Shown here in pieces: positions 27,583 to 39,465 of a stretch of 64,000 nt of DNA (position 1 is the stretch's first letter; each line of letters starts with the position of its first letter). The DNA lies in assembly GCF_041260155.1 (NCBI RefSeq), contig NW_027248355.1, positions 2,452,078 through 2,516,077 of the forward strand, read 5' to 3'. Source of the DNA: Ptychodera flava. Taxonomy: Eukaryota. Made by a program: the position numbers and the translations under genes. The notes below the pieces were generated by a model. That model was given only the letters and a program-made list of their open reading frames with translations. It made no database searches and was not told where the DNA came from.

Positions 27583-30500
27583 CCCACGGATGAAGTCCAG
27601 TGAGCTTATAGATTGGGTCATGTCCGTCTGTTCGTCCATCCGTGAGTCCATCCGTTCACGCAGATATCTCGGATATTTTGACAAAATGTCATGTGACCTT
27701 GATGACCTTTGATCTCAAATATACATATTTGTCCATAACTCAGTAACCACAAGTGCTACAGCCTTCATATATGGTATGATGGAACACCTTATGACGCCAC
27801 ATATTGTATCTCATTAATTATGCGCATATCTAATTTTGAGCGAGCCAATAGAGCTAGAGGTCTGATTTTTGGTATATAGGGATAACTTAGCAATACAATT
27901 TTTTTGACAAAATGTCACGTGACCTCGGTGACCTTTGACCTCAAATATACATATTTGTCCATAACTCAGTAACCACAAGTGCTACAGCCTTCATGTATGG
28001 TATGATGGGACAGCTTATGACGCCACATATTGTACCTCATTAATTATGCACATATCTAATTTTGAGCGAGCCAATAGAGCTAGAGGTCTGATTTTTGGTA
28101 TATAGGGATAACTTAGCAATACAATTTTTTTGACAAAATGTCACGTGACCTCGGTGACCTTTGACCTCAAATATACATATTTGTCCATAACTCAGTAACC
28201 ACAAGTGCTACAGCCTTCATGTATGGTATGATGGGACACTTATGACGCCACATATTGTACCTCATTAATTATGCACATATCTAATTTTGAGCGAGCCAAT
28301 ATTTGAGCGAGCAATAGAGCTAGAGGTCTGATTTTTGGTATATAGGGATAACTTAGCAATACAATTTTTTGACAAAATGTCACGTGACCTCGGTGACCTT
28401 TGACCTCAAATATACATATTTGTCCATAACTCAGTAACCACAAGTGCTACAGCCTTCATGTATGGTATGATGCGACACCTTATGACGCCACATATTGTAC
28501 CTCATTAATTATGCACATATCTAATTTTGAGCGAGCCAATAGAGCTAGAGGTCTGATTTTTGGTATATGGGGATAACTTAGCAGTAGAATTTTTTTGACA
28601 AAATGTTACGTGACCTTGGTGACCTTTGACCTCAAATATACATATTTGTCCATAACTCAGTAACCACAAGTGCTACAGCCTTCATGTATGGTATGATGGG
28701 ACACCTTATGATGCCACATATTGTACCTTATTAATTATGCACATATCTAATTTTGAGCGAGCCAATAGAGCTAGAGGTCTGATTTTTGTAATATAGGGAT
28801 AACTTAGCAATACAATTTTTTTGACAAAATGTCACGTGACCTTGGTGACCTTTGACCTCAAATATACATATTTGTCCATAACTCAGTAACCACAAGTGCT
28901 ACACCCTTCATGTATGGTATGATGGGACAGCTTATGACGCCACATATTGTACCTCATTAATTATGCACATATCAAATTTTGAGCGAGCCAATAGAGCTAG
29001 AGGTCTGATTTTTGGTATATAGGGATAACTTAGCAATACAATTTTTTTGACAAAATGTCACGTGACCTCGGTGACCTTTGACCTCAAATATACATATTTG
29101 TCCATAACTCAGTAACCACAAGTGCTACAGCCTTCATGTATGGTATGATGGGACACCTTATGACGCCACATATTGTACCTTATTAATTATGCACATATCT
29201 AATTTTGAGCGAGCCAATAGAGCTAGAGGTCTGATTTTTGGTATATAGGGATAACTTAGCAATACAATTTTTTTGACAAAATGTCACGTGACCTCGGTGA
29301 CCTTTGACCTCAAATATACATATTTGTCCATAACTCAGTAGCCACAAGTGCTACACCCTTCATGTATGGTATGATGGGACACCTTATGACGCCACATATT
29401 GTACCTCATTAATTATGCACATATCTAATTTTGAGCGAGCCAATAGAGCTAGAGGTCTGATTTTTGGTATATAGGGATAACTTAGCAATACAATTTTTTT
29501 GACAAAATGTCACGTGACCTCGGTGACCTTTGACCTCAAATATACATATTTATCCATAACTCAGTAACCACAAGTGCTACAGCCTTCATGTATGGTATGA
29601 TGGGACACCTTATGACGCCACATATTGTACCTCATTAATTATGCACATATCTAATTTTGAGCGAGCCAATAGAGCTAGAGGTCTGATTTTTGGTATATGG
29701 GGATAACTTAGCAGTAGAATTTTTTTGACAAAATGTTACGTGACCTTGGTGACCTTTGACCTCAAATATACATATTTGTCCATAACTCAGTAACACAAGT
29801 GCTACAGCCTTCATGTATGGTATGATGGGACACCTTATGACGCCACATATTGTACCTTATTAATTATGCACATATCTAATTTTGAGCGAGCCAATAGAGC
29901 TAGAGGTCTGATTTTTGGTATATAGGGATAACTTAGCAATACAATTTTTTTGACAAAATGTCACGTGACCTCGGTGACCTTTGACCTCAAATATACATAT
30001 TTGTCCATAACTCAGTAACCACAAGTGCTACACCCTTCATGTATGGTATGATGGGACAGCTTATGACGCCACATATTGTACCTCATTAATTATGCACATA
30101 TCTAATTTTGAGCGAGCCAATAGAGCTAGAGGTCTGATTTTTGGTATATAGGGATAACTTAGCAAAATGTCACGTGACCTCGGTGACCTTTGACCTCAAA
30201 TATACATACACTAAATAGTCCAGGATGGGAGCTACAGTGTCATTGACGCTATTTTTTGATTGATTGATGTATTTAATCATCTTTTGGGTTCTTTGGGTCC
30301 ATATCCCACCTCATGCCCCTACATCATCAACTATTTACCAACAACTCCATGCCAACAACCAATTACCTGACCTGGCCACACATTAGAGAAGGTACAGCGT
30401 CATTGACGGTATTTTTTACGTTTTTTTATGTCCAGAACCATAACTCAGACATGTATCAAGCGATTTTATTGAAAGTAGGTACAAGGAGATTGACCAATGT

Positions 30501-30885
30501 CATACATATGCACGTAAATTTGTTCTGGTACGATCCAATATGGCTGCTGTGCGGCCATTTTGTTGTTAATTTTTCATGTACAAAGCCATAACTCAGGCAT
30601 ATCTCAACCGATTTTAATCAAAGTTGGTACAAGGACATTGACGTATGTCATACATATGCACATTGATTTGTTTTGTGATACGAACCAATATGGCCACCAT
30701 GTGGCCATTTTATTACGATTTTTTCATGTCCTGAACTATAACTCAGACATGTATCAAGCGAATTTATTCAAAAGTATTTTTATCACAGACCTAATTAATG
30801 AAGAGGACTCTATCCTCTCTGAGGACATGTAATCAAAGGACCCATTAACAAGTGGGGACTGTGTCATCAACGATGACTTGTTTTT
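27583..30885 (+). mobile_element. Composite element copy 2 (~3.3 kb): head (27583-27665), 226-bp satellite ×~11 (27665-30200), unique spacer, 150-bp satellite ×~2.3 (30425-30775), conserved tail …gtggggactgtgtcatcaacgatgacttgtt (30850-30885)
   Basis: Head motif 'ttagtccccacgga' and tail motif 'gtggggact' are reverse complements. The tail is identical at 41860-41895 and 57480-57515. The satellite period was measured from recurring 'atgtcacgtgacc' markers (27687, 27912, 28138). Confidence 0.7.
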
Positions 30886-32008
30886 CATGTTTTTGCCAAC
30901 ATTTTGGTAAAACACTGTAGCCAATGAAATGTGATGTCTATTTGGTTCAAAAATATAAAAACAATTACAGAAAAATTGGTAGAGTGTTGCACTGAAATTT
31001 TGGTGGGAAACATTAAAGCACTCAAAGGATTTAATCTCCCACATACTGCTGAGTAACATCTGGCTTATTTGAACAATTGTCAGTTTTTAACCTAAGTCAA
31101 TTTATTCCTGGAATATGAATACTACCCACCTCATTCCCATGGAGATGGGCGGTTAGTCCATTGTCATGCAGATTAATTGTTTGACTAGGGACTGTGCCGT
31201 CAGTGAAACATTAAATCAATGGTGAACAAAAGATGTTTGTTCATGAATCTTTCTGTTGAATGGTTGCAATGCAAAACTGTGTTTGTTCGAGAGAAAAGAG
31301 AGAGTCTAGCCTATGTACGGGTACTTGTGTAAATGTCAAATAGTACAGTCAGACCTGAATTCAATTGTCAGCAATAACATTGCATATAACAGACATTGCA
31401 TCATACTAACAATTTGAGAGCTTGATATATTCCTTACTACAACTACTACCCTCCTGCCTTGTTCAAGTTCAAAGCACTTCTTTCGTCAGAGAAAATGGAC
31501 ACTCTCCGGAAATTTAGTAGATACATATTTTATGCGACAAATCGTAAACACGAATTTTTGGATAATTCTGTAACATAGTTCCGTACGATGTATTTTTGTC
31601 ATTTTCTTTTTCGACAGACTTGTATGTTTGCTTATTCTATTATGTACCAGTGACTGATACATGTAATACAATGTATCTATACCTTTGTACATTTTGGCCG
31701 GTGGCCATTTGTACTGAATAAACAAACTGCTACTACAACTCTATACTAACAATTAGGCTAGCACTTTGTAAGCAGACAAATGAATTAGTAAATAAAACTT
31801 GGTTTCAGCAATAAAAACAACCTACTTGTAAATATTATCCAAAATCCACGCTGTGGTCTCAGTACTGATACTTTGTACTGGTTCTGCTGATATGAATTGA
31901 ATTTATGACAAAGAAGAGATCGTTTTTGCATAAATTGTCACCTTTATTGTCAGCGTACTGCATTCTTTATCTGTGAATTTCAATAATTGTGGACATTTTT
32001 TTGTTCAG

Positions 32009-32170
32009 GTCGCTCTTTACACAAGATGCGAGTTGAATATCCGTACCACAGCTGACTTTCTGCTGGCCCTAGCATCTCATCGACATCCTTGCAGACCGTT
32101 CCTCAAGAAGTATTTCAATGATGCAGTCAGACTGCCTTCTGATTGGATAGATGTAGCTGAAGTTTACCTT
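32009..32170 (+). CDS. TEP1: TEP1 exon (TROVE): VALYTRCELNIRTTADFLLALASHRHPCRPFLKKYFNDAVRLPSDWIDVAEVYL
   Basis: Acceptor ttgttcag and donor GTAAGT. Strongly resembles human TEP1 'ASLYARQQLNVRNVANNILAIAAFLPACRPHLRRYFCAIVQLPSDWIQVAELYQ' (from memory). Confidence 0.85.
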
Positions 32171-32543
32171 GTAAGTTTCTGATTGGTTGATTATCTGTTT
32201 GGTCATCAGAGGGTTGGTATCTGATTGGTTGATTGTTTGCAGGGGTCATGACAGGGTTGTATCATATTCTAACCCTGATGCAGACAGACCCATTTAATTT
32301 TTTTTAAGATTTTTCTTAAAATTTTGATCAAAAACTGTAGCGAATGAAAAGTTATACCCATTTGGTCCAAATTATCAAAAAGTACAGAAAAATTGGTAAA
32401 ATATTGTACTAAAATTTTGGTGGAAAATTACAGCGCTTTAGGATTTGATTGTCATATTTAAAAAACGATCATGATATTTGTTTGTTTCGTGATTTTGTCT
32501 TTAATAATATGAATGACCTTTTGAATTTGTCTTATTCTTGCAG

Positions 32544-32640
32544 ACTTTTCATGACAAATCAATCAATTTTGGTGCACTGCCTTCTGCCTTGCGGAAAGCA
32601 ATGACTGCAAAGTTTCCAAGTTTTGATGCCTATCAGCTGG
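32544..32640 (+). CDS. TEP1: TEP1 exon (TROVE): TFHDKSINFGALPSALRKAMTAKFPSFDAYQLG
   Basis: Acceptor cttattcttgcag and donor GTGAGT. Matches human 'LPACLRTAMTDKFAQFDEYQLA'. Ends in phase 1, and the next exon starts in phase 1. Confidence 0.8.
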
Positions 32641-33105
32641 GTGAGTCGTCTTTTAGGTATATTACTCTGACCAGTGCTGTTGCATAGCTTAATGATACTA
32701 ATTAGCTTGACGATGAAGAACCGTGTGTGTACAGGGAGAGAGATGAAGGTGTTCAACACTGTGCATTGGTTAAACCCTATTGTTTTCATTAGGAAAGTTT
32801 GACCCATTGTCATAGAATGGATTTGAAAACGACTGTTAATGTACAGATATAATGTAATTTTTCAGAAAAAAAAAGATACTTACAGGAAAACTATGTTTTG
32901 TGTTGAGTCTGTCAGAGAAGATATCTGACAAAGCAGTTACATCCTGGACACCGTCATATCTTGCCATTCATACAACTTTGCAGCATATACCTGGAATTTA
33001 AATGGTAGGATCATTTGTCGAGATGGAAGAATTTTTATAGGGAAATTGAAGCAACAGAAATTCTAGGATTATTTTTTGCAACTTTGTCGTTTGTTTGTTT
33101 TGCAG

Positions 33106-33224
33106 CGAAATATAACAAAGACAAAAAGAAGAAAAAAGATGGTGATGCCAAGAAAAAGAAAAGCAAAGAAGACAAGGAGTCGTCTGATGAAGAAGTAGAA
33201 AATGGTGGAAATGTATCAAGACAG
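33106..33224 (+). CDS. TEP1: TEP1 exon: (A)KYNKDKKKKKDGDAKKKKSKEDKESSDEEVENGGNVSRQ (basic/acidic linker)
   Basis: Acceptor ttgtttgttttgcag and donor GTGAGG. Human TEP1 has 'AKYNPRKHRAKRHPRRPP' at the equivalent place. Phase is consistent. Confidence 0.75.
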
Positions 33225-34112
33225 GTGAGGTCATGTCCTTGCATAGAAGGTCAAAATTTGCATAAAGTAAGTAGTATTGCATTGCAATAGGCAATACTTT
33301 CCTACCCATCATGCATTGCATCAGAAGCCATATTTTATTACCCATTATGCATTGCACATACAGCTACACTTTCATAACACAATGTGTTGTACCTTTACTA
33401 ACCAGCATGCATTGCACCAGTTGCCGTATTGTCTTACCCATCATACATTCTAGCAATAGTCAAACTTTTACTGTTTGCAAAATTACTATCAGTGATAGAT
33501 GGAAATAGTGAAAGAACTTGTTCATTCTTTTGTGAAAACGTTTAAAACATTTTAATTGCAATGGGAGTTTTCCTGATACTCAAAAACTTTGCACATTTAA
33601 GTCATATACTACATAGGCACAGCTTTTGTCAAATTGCAGAGTTGTTAAGTTTAGGTCCAGTCTCATTTGGTCTTGCTTGTTCAATACATGGCAGGTCACC
33701 TCAAACCCCATATGTTTAACCAGATGCTTGTTTTCAAGAGAAAACATGGCAGTGATATCACCGGATGTTCAGGGTACCATATGCTGAACTCTGTCATGGA
33801 GTCTGTCTATTACCTCCATGTCTCTACTCTGTTGTCTTCATTCTCACTCTACGAGATTGAGGTTTCACAGAGGGTTCATTTTGTGAATTAACCCCCCTTA
33901 GCTTCAGTTTTCAAATGACGCCGACGCTGACGCCGTAAGCCTCTTCTAAAACCCGGCTACACATTATATTCCTTTTTGCTGGTAAAGCCTACTTAGAAGT
34001 GGTCCAGACAATACAAGACCTGCAGGCACCGATCTCTAAAGCAAGAGAAAAGCTTTCAATTTAAGTCTAGAGTGGTACATGTAAGTGGGATCAGTGACCT
34101 TTGATTTAACCC

Positions 34113-34200
34113 TTTCACCGCCATGGTTTTGTCCAAACGTATTGGTATCAATGGTGAGTGTGGACCTGTCTACAGGGAATTGGGGGTGAACAGGTTAAGG
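34113..34200 (+). mobile_element. MITE family C (~90 bp; ttaa|ccctttcacc…ggtgaacagg|ttaa)
   Basis: Other copies at 37728-37815 (minus), 56237-56335 (plus) and 15815-15905 (minus, degenerate). Confidence 0.7.
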
Positions 34201-34253
34201 ATGAGTTTAAAACTCTATGTTCTGTTCTAACTTTTACCGTTTTTGGTATTTAG

Positions 34254-34384
34254 GTGTCCTATCTTAGTGAACAGAGCGAGAACGAAGAAGAACTGGTCCG
34301 ACTGACATTTACACTGAAACAATTGATCAGAAAATTACACATCACAGTGCCGGTGGAAAATGTCATGTGTCTCATTGGAAAAAG
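34254..34384 (+). CDS. TEP1: TEP1 exon (TROVE): VSYLSEQSENEEELVRLTFTLKQLIRKLHITVPVENVMCLIGK(R)
   Basis: Acceptor ttttggtatttag and donor GTAAAG. Matches human 'FTLKKLVQRLHIHKPAQHVQALLGYR'. Confidence 0.75.
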
Positions 34385-35148
34385 GTAAAGCTGACCTGTG
34401 ACCTTTCAACTGTGACATTTTTAATTGAATTTTAAACTTCCATATTTAGGATATGCACCTGCTGTATAGATATGGTACATCTTGCTTCAATATGAAATTT
34501 TCATCCTCAAGAACGCAATATGGTCAGAGAAAAATACTCTAAAGCTCAAAAACTTGATGTGTTACTGAAATTTGATATAATAGAACAAATATTGTAATGC
34601 ATGAGAGAACATAAATGAACAAATTAGTGTACAGGTTCTTAAAGCCAGGAAGAATGATTTAATTCTTCCTTTCAATTGCGCTTCTTTGTTAGCCGATTTG
34701 AAAATATTTTTCTTAAATTGTGACAATTATACACCTCCTTGCTAAAACCTAGGGTCAAAGTACAAAGTGACAGACTTAAACATTTGCTCAAGGAATCTTC
34801 AAAAATTCTCTTACTAAAGAAGAAAAAAAATCAGGGGTCACTGTGCTGAATTTGGGACTAGAGAAAAAAGGCATTCAAAGTTTACCAATATTTGAAATTC
34901 GTAATGGCCGCCATCCCTGTGTAAACTCGGTGGGGGACTATGAAAGTTTTGATTTTCAAAAAACTATGATAGTGAACATATTTCTTGCTTCAAGAACTTT
35001 GAACTGAGCCCCCATGAGTGGTAGATTAGAAAAGTATTGGAAAAATTTGACAGTCAGCACATTTGATATTTTGTAATAGTGTCTCTCTGTACATTGTCGT
35101 CAGTTTTACAGACTCATTGATCAGTATTTGAATTCATTTTGATGTCAG

Positions 35149-35306
35149 ATATCCTGATGATGACGATGCTTTTCGTAAGAGTGGATTACCGGGAGAGTTC
35201 AATCCAGAGAGAGCCGGAAAGAGAATGAAACTCCCCACACCAGAAACCTGGGAAACGCAAGTCTCCATGAAAGGAAACAAAGCTTCGACCTGGGAAGACT
35301 TGATTG
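35149..35306 (+). CDS. TEP1: TEP1 exon (TROVE): (R)YPDDDDAFRKSGLPGEFNPERAGKRMKLPTPETWETQVSMKGNKASTWEDLI(G)
   Basis: Acceptor tttgatgtcag and donor GTAAGA. Matches human 'YPSNLQLFSRSRLPGPWDSSRAGKRMKLSRPETWERELSLRGNKASVWEELI'. Confidence 0.85.
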
Positions 35307-35349
35307 GTAAGAATTGCCAGGCGTTGGTAGTGTATGGTATCAATAAGAG

Positions 35350-36113
35350 ACACTGTTACATTGTGACTGGCCAGATATGCATGCAGACTTTACTCACTGA
35401 TTGGCTCATAAAAATGCTACTTTGTGAACGGCTAGATATGCAGACTTTGCTCACTGATTGGTTCATCAAAATGCTACATTGTGACTGGCTAGATATGCAG
35501 ACTTTGCTCACTGATTGGCTCATCAAAATGCTACTTTGTGACCGGCTAGATATGTAGACTTTGCTCACTGATTGGTTCATCAAAATGCTACATTGTGACT
35601 GGCTAGATATGCAGACTTTGCTCACTGATTGGTTCATCAAAATGCTACATTGTGACTGGCTAGATATGCAGACTTTGCTCACTGATTGGTTCATCAAAAT
35701 GTTACATTGTGACTGGCTAGATATGCAGACTTTGCTCACTGATGGCTCATCAAAATGCTACTTTGTGACCGGCTAGATATACAGACTTGCTCACTGATTG
35801 GCTCATAAAAATGCTACTTTGTGAACGGCTAGATATGCAGACTTTGCTCACTGATTGGTTCATCAAAATGCTACATTGTGACTGGCTAGATATGCAGACT
35901 TTGCTCACTGATTGGAATATCAAAATGCTACATTGTGACTGGCTAGATATGCAGACTTTGCTCACTGATTGGTTCATCAAAATGTTACATTGTGACTGGC
36001 AAGATATGCAGACTTTGCTCACTGATTGGTTCATCAAAATGTTACATTGTGACTGGCTAGATGTGCAGACTTTGCTCACTGATTGGCCTTTCAAAATGCA
36101 ATTATGCAAATAA
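35350..36113. repeat. 57-bp minisatellite ×~13 (unit ≈ gactggctagatatgcagactttgctcactgattggttcatcaaaatgctacattgt), beginning 44 bp after the donor of TEP1 exon 35149-35306
   Basis: The marker 'gatatgcagac' recurs at 35416 and 35473, spacing 57 bp. ORFs on both strands here reflect the periodicity only. Confidence 0.9.
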
Positions 36114-38524
36114 TACACTCTTGTTGAAGGGCCAGTATCTGTAACATTTGATGAATTTGTTTACCATTTTTTTGTTTTCAATGGTAACTGCAAGTTCTTA
36201 TTCTACTCTTTGAAGCATGTTAAAACACTGACAATTTTAGCTTTTCAATAAAGACTGCCTTGTTATTGTTCACAGTATGAATTTAGTCTAGATCAGAATT
36301 CACCTTTCAACAATAATAATGCAGTTTACACGTATGTACAGGCTGAGTTGACAAGCTGATATTACTATGTATCTCAACATGCTTTGGGGAGTATAATAAG
36401 AAAGAGAAGTAGACCTATAAAACAAAAATATTGAAAGAAAATCATCAAAAGTTACAGCAAGTGCCCACTTTAACACTATGATGAAGGTTTCTTGCAACCA
36501 GCAGTCTTGCAGCTAGCCCTCCCCATGTACTTTTGCATTGTGTTTTGTCTGAATAGTGTGTGGTTTCTGGATGATCGTATTTGCATGGTGAGAGTCTTGA
36601 ACCAGACAGATGAAGATAAAGAGCGTCTGGAAAAAAGAGAATGACATTGACTCGGAGTTCGTTGACCTTAGCCTCATTGTGTGCAGGCTCCATAAAGCTA
36701 ACAAAAGATTTGATTTGTTTCTAGCCATCGTAGGCATTATTTTAAGACATGTGTGAGCCGTCTTTTTTTTCATTGTCTGTTTTAATCAGTAAATCTGCAC
36801 CATAAGTTTTCCCATGCATAAAACTAGAAACATCGTTGAATGATCCTTGATATTGTATGAGTGAAATTGATACACGGTGATAACCTTGGTGTGCATGTCT
36901 GCCTTTTCTTCTTACCTGTGAGATGCCTAAAAAGATAAATATTTTACAGTCAGTGACAAGAATAATAATAGTGATATTCTGATACAAAAGTGTTTTTGAA
37001 AAAAATAAAAGAAACAGCATAGACTGGATCAAGTATGTTAATTGCCAGTGACCTGACATACTTTTTGAAGGTCTTACATTCTGAGCACAAAGTTGATACA
37101 CGAGCGTCTGGCTTTCAGCTTTACCGAAAATACCTAGATTCATGTAAAAAGTATATTTAGTACCCATTGTCAGTGCCCAATTCATCGATGTTGTGAAAAC
37201 CAACACTTTGAAAGTCTCCGAGTTTGTACAGTACAGACTAGCTGGATAAAACCTTCACAATGTCACACATTCAAAGTACATGTATTCATTCAGATTAAGG
37301 TACCAGCTGCTCTGTTACGCATTGTTGCCACTCACACGCAGACAAGGTCTGTCAGGTCAACTGTCTGCCCTTTTACTTAAGGTAGCATGCGGCTCTAAAG
37401 TGAAATACTTAACCTCTGCTGAAACTTTCCCCAGTGAAATATTCAGCCTTGCTCTTACCAAATCATGAATAACAATTCGGGGTCACCTTGCAAATTTTGT
37501 ACCATATTACCTGACATTTACCGATATTTAATATTCAAAATGGCTGCCATCCCTTTTGTTGACTTGTGGGAAGAATGAAATTTTCAATTTTTCAAAAAAA
37601 CTGAGACGATGAAAGTCTTTCTCACTCCAAGGGCTTCAAAATGAGCCCCCTCTAGTGAAGGTTTAGGAAATAACTGGACATGTTTGAGAGTTTGAATATC
37701 TGTCCCCAAGGTGCATTCTGTTTTAACCTGTTCACCCCCAATTCCCTGTAGACAGGTCCACTACCACCATTGATAACAATGGGATCGGGCCAAACCACGG
37801 TGGTGAAAGGGTTAAAATGATGCCATACTGACTCATGGATGTACTTTATGAAAAATTAACATTTATTCCGATACCAGTTCAGGGCTGACTCAAAGAATCC
37901 CAAATATTCTTAAATGGACCTAAATGTTGAGAAAACTTATGTCCTGAGTTTGATTGCATGTGGGAAGTTTGATAAGCATTACATAGTGATCATTAAAGGC
38001 CCTATAGCTGTATCTTTTTCGCATTATTTTTGTGATTTTACTTCCAAACTAAAACAAGTTCATGGGAATGTACTCATTGAGGGGTGTTTACACAGGTAGA
38101 ATAAACTGTCCACTGGGACAACATGTGCAATTTTGAGCAAGATAAATAATAAAGTACGTAGTGCATATATGCATTGGAATCTTCACAGAAACAACAGAGA
38201 AGTCCAAAATATAATGCATACTGCTGAAATTATTCCACTGGGACACCATATGCTATGTTTTCTTTGTAATATTATCAATTTTTAAAAATGGCGGGAAATC
38301 AAAACAACAGTTAAAATTTAAATTTGCTCGTCCAATTTTTCAGTGGTAAAAGACTATATCCTTTAAATTTGTAGAATTTAAAGAAAAAGTCAAAGTCAAG
38401 TCAAATTAAAGTTTTATTCACATGATTTAATCGTACGTCATTGTACTCAGTTTTAATAATGTTGATAGTTCCATGAGCATGAAATCACTGATTGCCCACA
38501 TTAATTAACTTCATTGAAGTTCAT

Positions 38525-38526
<2 letters not shown>

Positions 38527-38555
<29 letters not shown>

Positions 38556-38560
38556 ATGTG
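38527..38560. repeat. (AG)n microsatellite
   Basis: Direct reading. Similar (GA)n/(CT)n runs occur at 6943-6975, 52637-52685 and 52803-52848. Confidence 0.9.
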
Positions 38561-38647
38561 TATTATGTTAATATGTATTTGATAAAAATTTATTTTTTCT
38601 GCAAAATAATGTTTTTTGATTTTAATAATTTACTGTCTTGATTTCAG

Positions 38648-38848
38648 ATCACAACAAACTACCATTCATGGCTATGCTGAGAAACATTCGTAACATGCTA
38701 CAAGCCGGCATCAGCGACAAGCACCACACCTGGGTTCTGAAGAAACTGACCAATGAGAGATCAGTTGTCAACAGCAGACAGTTTCCTTTTAGGTTCTTCT
38801 CTGCATATGAAGTATTGGTTGGATTGGAAAAAGCTCTGGACAAACAAG
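38648..38848 (+). CDS. TEP1: TEP1 exon (TROVE): DHNKLPFMAMLRNIRNMLQAGISDKHHTWVLKKLTNERSVVNSRQFPFRFFSAYEVLVGLEKALDKQ
   Basis: Acceptor ttgatttcag and donor GTGAGG. Matches human 'KLPFMAMLRNLCNLLRVGISSRHHELILQRLQHAKSVIHSRQFPFRFLNAHDAI'. Confidence 0.85.
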
Positions 38849-39465
38849 GTGAGGAATGCAAACATCTGTTTACAACCGTCTTTTATGTAGTATCATCATT
38901 CCAAGAAGAGCCCTCAAACCCCCATTTTATAAGCTGTACCCTTTGCATTTTATTCACCAAAGAAATACCTTTCAGTATTCAAGGAGATGCTTTGAATTTC
39001 GGTTATTATGCTGTGTTGTGCTTCAAAATGTCAGTGTTCAAATTGGTTGTGATTGATTTGGTCAATTGAATTCAGGCACTTACGTATGCATTTGCAGCTG
39101 CTACATATTAGTAACAACTCCAAAATTAATTATTTATAGTAGGTAAAATCTCAGTTGGGAATGTGCATTGTGAAAGCAATGTAGTTTGCGCCTCGAAAAA
39201 GAAAGACTTTAATTTTTGCTCAAATTTTCCTCAAAGAAACTTGCAACGATTCTCTTACCAAAATTCAAAATGGTGGTCACTCCTGTGTTGTCTGTATGGG
39301 GAAAACAAAATTCATGATTTTCACAAAACTGAGCTGGTGAAAACTTTATTTACTCCATAAGCTCCAAAATATCCCCCCATAAGTGGTAGGCCAAAAGCCT
39401 ATTGTAAAAGTTTGAGAGTTTGAATATCTGTCCCTTAGGTGCATTGTACCTTGAGAAGAATTGGT

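Noticed and set aside
35225-36118. ORFs of 108-127 aa on both strands (…LLTDWFIKMLHCDWLDMQT… and …SKVCISSQSQCSILMNQSV…)
   Set aside because: Produced by the 57-bp minisatellite (57 = 19 codons keeps the frame open).
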